From Octopus vulgaris (taxonomy: Eukaryota): a stretch of DNA of 64,000 bases. Shown here in pieces: positions 54,982 to 64,000 of this stretch; the first letter of the stretch is position 1; the number at the start of each line of letters is the position of its first letter. The stretch lies in the NCBI GenBank assembly GCA_951406725.2, contig OX597841.1, positions 19,034,001-19,098,000 on the forward strand, read 5' to 3'. The position numbers were made by a program, and so were the translations under genes. The notes below the pieces were generated by a model. That model did not search any database. It saw nothing but the letters and a program-made list of their open reading frames with translations, and had not been told where the DNA came from.

Positions 54982-55479
54982 ATAAATGTGAAAACTAATT
55001 TCTATAGACAGACAGACAGACAGAGATAGATAGATAGATAGATAGATAGGTAGGTAGGTAGGTAGGTAGGTAGGTAGGTAGGTAGGTAGGTAGGTAGATA
55101 GATAGGTAGGTAGGTTGGTAGGTAGGTAGGTAGGTAGGTAGGTAGGTAGGTAGGTAGGTAGGTAGGTAGGTAGGTAGGTAGGTAGGTAGATAGATAGATA
55201 GATAGGTAGGTAGGTAGGTAGGTAGGTAGGTAGGTAGGTAGGTAGGTAGGTAGGTATGTAGGTAGGTAGGTAGGTAGGTAGGTAGGTAGGTAGGTAGGTA
55301 GGTAGGTAGGTAGGTAGATAGATAGATAGATAGGTAGGTAGGTAGGTAGGTAGGTATGTAGGTAGGGAGGGAGGGAGGGAGGTAGGTAGGTAGGTAGGTA
55401 TGAGCGAAAAACCCTCATGCCCTCATGTCTTCAGTAGCACCATTCTTCCTGCAATCACATAGATACGTGAGACGAGGGC

Positions 55480-55830
55480 TACAATAAAGAGGGAAGAGCA
55501 GAGTGGTTACGAAACGGAGGGTCACGGAAAGGTCTATGCTGGGAATATCGCTTTATGGACCTATCTAAAGCGCGTTTATTGGAGACGGGTGTCGAGTGAA
55601 GACTACCGAAGACACACGTGGTACAAGGAAGAACTGTCGCAATGTTCACAAACAGGTTGACCCGTGAAGTTGTGCAGCATCTAAAATATCGGAGGGAAAA
55701 TATCCTCCTACAAGACGATGGAGAGTCGACATTGTCAGACAATATAGGTTTAAATGGAACAGAAGGGTGTAATCTAAGGGAAAACGGGGGCCGCGTGCGA
55801 CCACCCATATTTAAGGACATCTGATGATAG
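55480..55830 (+). mobile_element. Degenerate RTE-clade LINE C-terminal fragment
   Basis: VTKRRVTERSMLGISL resembles the RTE motif xTQRAMERxMLGISL. Confidence 0.5.
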
Positions 55831-55929
55831 CCTGGCCGTAGATTCAGATCAATCGTGTTATTTTTTTTTTATCTAGTTTCAGCTCACAAGCCGTGGCCAT
55901 GCTGGGGCACCGCCATTTTAAAAAAGTGT

Positions 55930-56009
55930 TGGCGGCCGGCTATGAGACACGAACTCGTACCTCTGTGATTACGCGTCGCAATGCGCTGAACCATTAAGCT
56001 AAACTGCCC
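55930..56009 (-). pseudogene. tRNA-like sequence or SINE head
   Basis: TAGCTTAATGG A box and GAGTTCG B-box-like T arm; the acceptor stem does not close. Confidence 0.5.
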
Positions 56010-56280
56010 ACACCAGTTTATTAAATTCTAACCAATTTATATTTTAGGATTTGTATCTGGTTTGCAAGATTCTTTGTGTGAATTCGTGTGCTGAAGCAAA
56101 TTTTGTTGTCTGGGGAGAGTCATGCTGCCTTAAAACCTTATTATCCAACCCTAACCGCTTCAGCTTCCAATCATTTATTTATTTATTTTTTGTTGTGTCT
56201 TCCAGAAATTGTCGTTGCTTTTGCAACGCTGTCAATGGATGTAACATCCATTGACAAGGTTGCAAAAGCAGCGAAAGTTT

Positions 56281-56329
<49 letters not shown>

Positions 56330-56371
56330 GTAATAGTAATAATAATAGTAATAGTAATAGTAATAATAATA

Positions 56372-56416
<45 letters not shown>

Positions 56417-56425
56417 GTAATAGTA

Positions 56426-56473
<48 letters not shown>

Positions 56474-56479
56474 TTTTTT

Positions 56480-57035
56480 TAAAATGCCCTGATGCAGTAC
56501 CAGGAAGTGGTTCTCATGGCTTCTGATCTTAACTGATTGGAAGTGTTATCATGTACATTGTTTTGTGTTGGTATAAAAGATGGGCTACAGCAAATATTCT
56601 GCTCAATACCACAGATTTGCTTGTCAGTTGTTTGACCTTAACCAGTTGAGAATGTCCCTTGGTGGCTGAAGATATGTGCATCTCATGAGCAGAAGTAGTG
56701 GAGGGGCACCATAGCCATGTGTTGAGAGGGATTCTAGGAGGTTTGGATAATTTACCTCTGGAAAAAAGGGTGTTTCGTTCAACATCCTTTAACAAACCTT
56801 ATTCAGGGACCTTTTGAGTGGGATAGGCTACTCGACCTGAAGAAAATTCTAGCTGGGCCCCACCTGCAAGGTCATGTGCTGTTTATCTTGATATGAGATG
56901 ACCATGTCGCGCACATATGGTTGTGATGCATGTGCCTGGTGTACCTTTATCAGACGGGTAGTCATGATGGGTATATTGGGCTTCGTATATTTTACCCCAG
57001 TGTCACTTTGATGGCATCCACTGCTCTCTCACTCA
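56480..57035. mobile_element. ~555-bp interspersed element between (AAT)n tracts
   Basis: Bounded by (AAT)n on both sides; partial diverged copy at 59455-59615. Confidence 0.6.
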
Positions 57036-57140
57036 ATAATAATAATAATAATAATAATGATAATAATATTAATAATAATAATAATTATGATGAGGATGAT
57101 GATGATGATAATAATAAAAAGGATGATGATGATGATGATG

Positions 57141-57214
<74 letters not shown>

Positions 57215-57404
57215 TAATAATAATAATAATAATAACAACAACAACAATAATAACAGCAGCAATAACAACATCAACAATAACAATAACAATAACGAAAACA
57301 ATAATGATAATAATAATAACAACAACAACAATAACAAAAACAACAACAACAACAACAGCAACAATAACAACAACAACAACAGCAACAACAACAATAATAA
57401 TAAT

Positions 57405-58190
57405 AAAAGTTGATGAGATTCTGAAACTCATTCTGAGGAAAGACCTAACAGAAACAAAGGGCTCGATCAGTTCCGCTTCAATTTTAGTGGGTGAACTGGT
57501 TGGAAAGAAAGAGAGGAAAGAAGCCATGGTGGAAGCGGATACTCTAACTTGGCGTAAAGATCTGAGTCGCATAGAAGAGTGGTCGAAAGGGCAGTGGGAA
57601 AATGGGAAAGAAAATGCAAGGGCATACCTTGACGCGAAGTAGCAAATGGAAAAGAAAGGGTTCAAAACTGTCACCGAAACCCTAAAATAGCATGTGCGGG
57701 CTAAAACTTTGAAGGGGCAGCGCTACATTGATTGCATATCGCAGTTCCAGTAAAACCGGTTATTCTCAAATATCCAGAGGTAGATTTTTAAGGGCTTAGG
57801 AGGAAATACAGAAGATGATAGACCTCCTGAAGCAGAAGAAACCCGCCAATTTTGGAATAACATCTGGGAGCAAGAACAACCAGAGTTGAGTGGATTCATT
57901 CCGTGAGATGAGAACTCGATCACTCGGAGGCTCCACGACAGAACCATGCAACGGAAGATGCCATTGCACAGATATCAAAACTGCCAAACTGGAAAGCAGA
58001 GGGAATTCAAGGCTCAAGTACTCAAGTGGTTTAGATCGACACACAAGAGGTCTGTGTTGCAATTAGACAATTGCCTACGGAGCGGTGCAGTTCCAGAGTG
58101 GACGGTAGAGCGAAGAAGAACAACATTGTTAATGAAGGGATCGGTCAAAGGGCAATGAGATTGGCAATTACCGACCCATTGCTTGGAAAG
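57405..58190 (+). mobile_element. R4/Dong-like non-LTR retrotransposon fragment adjoining (TAA)n
   Basis: RKDLSRI, NRLF, ETRQFWNNIW, VPEW...RTTLLMK and NYRPIACL motifs with stops and frameshifts. Confidence 0.75.
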
Positions 58191-58509
58191 CATTAACAGG
58201 TACCCTCGCAGGTACATGGAAAATATATACGTCCCTTGCGAATATCAAAGCTGCAAGAACCGCGTGCACATGTGTGTTCGTTCGTTAGTGTGGAGTTTTT
58301 TCTCCCTTTTATGTTTTGGTCAAAACCTATGGTTAAATTCTTTGGGACATATATATAAACATGGAATGTGTGGCGGTGGAAAAAGGTTTATAGGGTGGAT
58401 AACCCCTGTGTTATGACATTGCGAGTGTGTTTGTGTGTGTTCTGGTCAAATTCTTTGCCAGATTCCAAGGTGGTGGGAGGGCCGAAGTTGGGGGAACTGG
58501 CGATTATAG

Positions 58510-58713
58510 TTACGATGGGACACGTAGGTATGATAGGATGTACTTCCTTTCATATGGGCAAAGATTAAAAATTTCACTTCTGCTGTTCAGACAAATGCCT
58601 TGGTGCTGAAAGCTTTTTACTATGACTCTTTTCTCAGCCACGCATAATCTGCACTCCTTGCAACCATTGAAGTAAGCTTTGCATTTCTCTAATACCATCC
58701 ACTTTATTGCCAT
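58510..58713 (-). pseudogene. Penelope-like (Naiad-like) GIY-YIG C-terminal fragment
   Basis: IKWMVLEKCKAY...CRLCVAEK...CLNSRSEIFNLCPY aligns with 36628-36846. Confidence 0.85.
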
Positions 58714-59001
58714 TGGGCTTATAGCTTCTTGACGGTTTAATCGATTCCTTTATATTTTTTTTCACTCTCTTTCTCCCCTAAATGTTTAAAGAGTCTTTCT
58801 TAAATCTTAAAATATTCATCCTTGATATAATTCATCAATGCACCTCTCTTAACTCCAGTGCATTCGTTCTGTTTATTTTAACTATACACATCCATATGTA
58901 TCAAATGTAGAGACGAGAAAGCACATCGGTGCAAAACAAAGTGGAAAAAATAGTATTCGAATACCAAGGAAGAGTAAAATACTAATTTATTAAAGCTAAG
59001 A

Positions 59002-59043
59002 AAATGTTACTCGGGGTTTCGCATGTCTGCTCATCAGACAGTT
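59002..59043 (-). ncRNA. Minimal type I hammerhead motif
   Basis: Minus strand AACTGT-CTGATGA-GCA GACA TGC-GAAA-CCCCGA-GTA-ACATTT. Confidence 0.75.
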
Positions 59044-60129
59044 GTGCTAAACGTCGCCAATCTTCTCTGCCCGTGTACCCTTTTCTCGCAACCACGCTAC
59101 ACAATACAATATAATTTAGTACATCATTTCTTTACGACTGATTCTACCGATTACTTGAAAGGATTTATGGAGTCGGTTTTAAATTTGGCGCCGATCTAAG
59201 TGATAAAGGAACCATCGCTGCCAGACTCTGATTTTGAGCGGAATCCGTAGATTTAAAGGCAATTGAATATAAAACATACCATTCAAATCATTTTCTAGTG
59301 TATTATTATTTGTTTTGATCAGTCAATAACACCGTGTAACACGATTTTTGTCCTTGGGTAGCAACTACTATTTACTATTTGCTGACCCTAAATTGTGCTT
59401 TTATTACATTTATTCAAATCCCAAAGAACCCCTCCCAACACATGGCAAACATCGTTATAGCAAATATTCTGCTCAATACCACAGATTTTTTGTCAGTTGC
59501 TTGACCTTAACTACTTGAGCCTGTCCCTTAAAGTCTGATAATATGTGCATCTTTAATCATGAGCAGAAGAAATAGGGGAGTATCATAGTGTTGAGAGAGA
59601 TTCTTAGGGGTTTGAATAAATGTAACAAAAGCAAAGTTTGAAGGAAATATAAGCAATTTTTCATATTTTCTAAGGGTAAGCAAATAGGAAATAAGCCTTA
59701 GTAGCAAAGACAAAAATCGTGTTACACAGAGTAGTTAACCAGTCACCTGACTCTGGTTTGTCGCTCGATATGAGATGTTGCGGGAGGAGAGGAAGTTATT
59801 CGTGCCATACAAGCGTGTACAGATATCTCTTCGAGTCCCATGGCGTTGGAATAGTGGCGACATCTGCAGGTTTAACGAGATGGGAGCTCATAGTCACAGA
59901 TTCGCACATAGTTGGCTCCAGACCCATCTAACGTAGCTGCGTTATTGATAGGACAGCTGGTATTCTTCGTCGAGGTCCCGAGCGCCTGGTCAGCCATCTC
60001 TAGGGCAACATTGCTCACCCAGAAATCTGGGAAAAACATAGAAAAGGTGACCCAAGCAAATGCCTATTCGACCATGAAGCCGGTCAGTTGACGGCTGTTC
60101 GCAACAAGAGAACTACAAAGAGAAAACTG

Positions 60130-60620
60130 GCAAGAAATACAGATTAAGTGGTGATGAGCGTGGAATATCAGAGGATTTCTTGATAGCGAAAGGTCGAGTA
60201 ACACTGCATGACAAACTGGCAGAGTGGTAAACGAGTTGGCTGGGTATAATATTGACATAGCTGCACTCTCGAAATCTCGGTTAAATGATGAAGATCTATT
60301 GACAAAAACAGGTTCTGGATACATCTTCTGGGAGGATAAGTCGAAGGGTATAAAACGATAAGCGGGTTGGGTGTTTTGGTATTTGTACAGAGTTAACCAA
60401 GCAATAAGAACAACCGCCGGGTTTCGGTGGTAGAATTATTCTCTTTGGAGCCCCTTTGCCATGCAAACATCTAACGACTGTCCTTTCTGTTTCCGCGCCC
60501 ACTCTACACTGCAGAACTGAATCTGTTATGGCTTTCTATCAAGATCTTACATGAGTTACAACTTGGAGACCAAACGCAGATAAGATCCTCCTCCTTGGTG
60601 ATTTCAACACACGTGTTTGA
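60130..60620 (+). mobile_element. RTE-clade LINE apurinic endonuclease fragment
   Basis: AWNIR, ELAGYNIDIAALS, GSGYIFW, SVSAPT, FYQDL and DKILLLGDFNTRV motifs. Confidence 0.85.
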
Positions 60621-61937
60621 AGCAGATATTTTTTCTTAAACAGAGAGAGAGGGGGGGCTTACATGTTGCAGGATGAGGGGTTAAAAACTTAAATTACAAG
60701 TTTTTGATGTTGCTTAAATCCCAGCAATGGACCGCTGCATTATCATTCTTTAAAATGTGTCTGCGAGGAGAAAAATATTGAAAAACATCAATGCATGTCA
60801 GAGTGACGAAGAAAGGAGGGCGAGATCAGGTGGTTGGGAGATGTGCTGGAAACAACATCTAAAACTCCCTTAAATCACACCTTTTCGTCTGAAAATCATT
60901 TTGAAATTATAGACAGAAACAAAATTGTAGATTCGGATTGACTGCATTTTGATAAAAACAAATTTAATAAAAAGAAATTTGATTAAAACAGATTTGGAAA
61001 ACTAACGCGAAATTTTAGGATTTAGCTGCACTCTCGAAATCTCGGTTAAATGAAAAAAATTTTAATATTTTACTTTTTAAATTACGTTTCATTTTCTGTT
61101 TGAGAATAAAGAAGCGGGAATTGTAATGGTGTTTGCCAATTTCCAAATTTTTTTTTAAAACCTTCAAGGCTTCTCCGATCATTTTTCAGTGCATAGTCAA
61201 AAAACATTGACCAAAAGCGATCCTGAATCGAGGAGGGAGCGGTTGAAAAATGCCTAAATTTTCAAATTCTGCTGATATTTTCTTCTTTTTTTCTTCTTAC
61301 TGAAAAGGCGTCTTCCATTGTTTATAAGGGCAAAGGAAAAAAATTGGACAAAATCAGTCGGCAAGAAGCAAGGAAGGGAAATAATTAAATTTTCAAGCAT
61401 TTTTCTTTCATAAAAAGCTTCTTTTCGCCTTCCTTCATTTCCAAGGGTCTGGTGGAAGCCAAAAAAAAAAAAAAAGACAAAAAAATAACCAAAAAAAAAA
61501 ACGAAGAAACTCATCAGAACGGAGAAAATCCAACTTATGTGGATGTGCTATTCGGAAAGTCTACCAGAGCATTCTAGGGAGTAAATTATTCGGCAACGAC
61601 GGGATGCTCAACTAATGTGTGTGCATGCGTGTGTGTGCGTGTGTGCGCGCGCGCATATATATAGAGAGAGAAGGAGAGAGATACTTGTGTATCCATTTAT
61701 ATACATATCTAATGTAGGATAAAATTTTTTTCGAAAAAAATTTTATCAATGGCCAGCATATTAAAAAATACCTTTAAAGGTTAAATTTATAAACAATTCA
61801 TAAATAAGGGCAAACGAAAAAATTTCTAATGCCAAATATGCGAAATTAGACACATTGTCCATTAACCATATAATTTTTTCACAATACACACGCTACTCGA
61901 AAAAAGGTTGACAGAAATTTCTAAAAAATTCCATTAT

Positions 61938-61995
61938 TACCATATCGGACCGATTTCAGGGTTAGCTACTAAGAGCCCTCTCTTCGTCAGTGATA
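61938..61995 (-). ncRNA. Type I hammerhead ribozyme
   Basis: Minus strand TATCA-CTGACGA-AGAG...CCCT-GAAA-TCGG T CCGA-TA-TGGTA. Confidence 0.85.
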
Positions 61996-62307
61996 CATGT
62001 GGCAAAAGAAATAAATGAGATACTTACTCAAACCCATGGGAGAAGCAAACACTAAGTCATGGGCACAATTAAGTACTCCAAATACATCCAAAATAGAAAT
62101 ACTCCAGCCCATTCGAGACAGTGCGATTTGAGACACGTGCGATATCAATGGCCTCTGTGAGGGCCTCAGTTCAAATCGCACGTATCTCGAATGGGCTGAA
62201 GTATTTCTATTTTGGATGTATTTGGGGTACTTAGTTGTGCTCATGACTTAGTGTCTGCTTCTTCCATGGGTATGAGTAAGTATCTCATTTATTTCTTTTG
62301 CTACATG

Positions 62308-62366
62308 TATCACTGACGAAGAGATGGCTGTTATGAGCTAACCCTGAAATCGGTCCGATATGGATA
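62308..62366 (+). ncRNA. Type I hammerhead ribozyme (inverted partner)
   Basis: TATCA-CTGACGA(62313-62319)...CCCT-GAAA(62346-62349)-TCGGTCCGA-TA-TGG. Confidence 0.82.
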
Positions 62367-62476
62367 TAATGGAATTTTTTAGAAATTTCTGTCGACCTTT
62401 TTTCGAGTAGCGTGCGTATTGTGAAAAAATTATATGGTTAATGGACAATATGTCCAATTTTTCGGCATACATACAC

Positions 62477-62539
<63 letters not shown>

Positions 62540-62841
62540 AAGAGTAAATAATGTCTTTAATGCTTTTTAAAAAAACCAACAATTATTTACTGGTAGATTT
62601 CGGCATGTAAATATAACCATTAACGGTAGGAACTTCTATAAAGTTCAGTATATATATATTGTATATAAATAAAAGGGGCAGGCAACAGGTTGCTTAGCCG
62701 CAAACTGAAAAAATTAGAAATAGCAGTCAGAGACTGTTTATTTCTATTTTCTACAAATGAGACTCCACATACGACATATCCCTGTAATTCACATTTGCAA
62801 AACAGAAGAAAGAAATAACGAAAACAAAGTCTGACAGTCAT

Positions 62842-62896
62842 TTACGAACGCGTTTCTAATTTAGAAATATATTTTTCATATCTTTCATCAGCGTAA
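62842..62896 (-). ncRNA. Type I hammerhead motif, weak stem II
   Basis: Minus strand TTACG-CTGATGA-(AT-rich)-GAAA-CGC-GTT-CGTAA; inside an element with inverted ends at 62670-62702 and 62908-62940. Confidence 0.75.
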
Positions 62897-62940
62897 TTTT
62901 TTCGGCATGCGGCTAAGCAACCTATTGCCTGCCTCTTTTA

Positions 62941-62989
<49 letters not shown>

Positions 62990-63078
62990 GGAGAGTTTAC
63001 AAAAAAAAAACAAAAGACAAAGACAGGTGGTGTACAAAACAAACAGATGTATTAGTATAACGCTCAGGAATACAAAAA

Positions 63079-63120
63079 GTCCTTTACGTTTCGAGCCTAC
63101 GCTCTTCCACAGAAAGGGAC
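63079..63120 (-). ncRNA. Minimal hammerhead motif (GAGC-stem family, CTGTGGA core)
   Basis: Minus strand GTCCCTTT-CTGTGGA-A-GAGC GTAG GCTC-GAAA-C-GTA-AAGGAC. Confidence 0.72.
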
Positions 63121-63150
63121 ACAGAAAAACCAAGGAAAGAAACAAGGAGA

Positions 63151-63576
63151 GACCTCCTCGAGGAACATGAAGACGCAGGCTGAAAAGCAGAGCATTTTCC
63201 AATCGAAGTCGGATGTAGAGGGTTTGTTGGACACAGTGTGAGACGACTGTTGTCATCGCAAGGCCTAACTCATCGTAAAGTCAATACCACCATGACCGAT
63301 ATCCAATCTACAGTGGAGAAGGCTAGCCACTGGATTTGGTTAAAAAGAGACGATGAGCGATGGCTAGAAGTATATTGAGCTTTATTTGATAACCAGCTGA
63401 TCTAGCAAGCGGGGCCTCATATCACAGAGGGGGGTGGGGCGGTGCGCATTGATGCCCTCGAGAGGTAGGCCCCGAAACGGCGCACATTCTCTCCTGATGA
63501 CCCCATACACTTGCTGGCTTCCGGTATGCGGAGTTTTTGACTGGTAGCACTTGCATGTGCAAGTTGTTTACAAGAC

Positions 63577-63578
<2 letters not shown>
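63151..63578 (+). mobile_element. HERO-like non-LTR retrotransposon 3' end followed by (TA)n
   Basis: FPIEVGCRGFVG...EKASHWIWLKRDDERW, stop at 63376-63378, then a ~200-nt 3' UTR. Confidence 0.85.
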
Positions 63579-63653
<75 letters not shown>

Positions 63654-64000
63654 GAAATGATTTTTTGTCCCTCTTAGCGTGTGGCATCTATGTATAATAA
63701 TGCCCTCTATATATAAATTAATATGTTCAATAAGAAAGAATTATTTTCGAAATTTTTCTCTTATGAGGTTTTTCACGCTATCTACCTGATAATTTCTTAT
63801 TAAGATTCCTTATTAAGAAGTTGTCCTTAATTGCTATATATATATATATATATATATATTATAACAATGAGGGTCTTTGCAACAGGCTGCTAGACCACAT
63901 ACCGAAAGTATTAGGAATAGCAGCCAGACGACTGTTATTTCTTTTACAACAAAAATATGTCCCACAGACAATAGTATTTGTAACTCACTATGGCAAAAAA

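Larger units (their letters stand above)
61837..62469. mobile_element. Fold-back element with ~295-bp inverted arms, one hammerhead per arm
   Basis: 61837-62131 versus 62171-62469; the left arm extends to 61709 and matches 32312-32725. Confidence 0.9.

Noticed and set aside
55930-56009. Functional tRNA gene
   Set aside because: The acceptor stem is unpaired and the anticodon arm is irregular; treated as a SINE head or pseudogene.
63474-63504. GAAA...CTGATGA as a type II hammerhead in the HERO 3' UTR
   Set aside because: The flanks are CCCC on both sides, so stem II cannot form, and stems I and III are missing.

Overview
This is eukaryotic, repeat-saturated genomic DNA with no convincing intact host gene. 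The microsatellite load and tRNA-derived SINE families resemble a cephalopod (Octopus-like) genome, which is an inference. Almost all of the ORF track is microsatellite artefact. Recognisable content: a Penelope-like retroelement (RT + GIY-YIG, Naiad-like) with a ~1.05 kb inverted terminal duplication, further Penelope, HERO, R4/Dong, RTE and CR1 retrotransposon fragments, a decayed mariner, two non-autonomous Helitrons, a hAT-like MITE, several SINE families and minisatellites. The main hidden signal is about 20 type I hammerhead ribozyme (HHR) motifs in 64 kb. They sit in short, mostly non-coding Penelope-type elements next to (TA)n tracts. Most have a short palindromic stem III, several have long stem II insertions, and there are recurring core variants (U3-A8, A3-U8, U4C, A6U). 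Some lie inside fold-back elements. Secondary signals are a covarying pseudoknot in the 3' UTRs of divergent HERO fragments and a ~90-bp repeat that may be an HDV-like ribozyme relic. All folds were read by eye and none was computed or tested.
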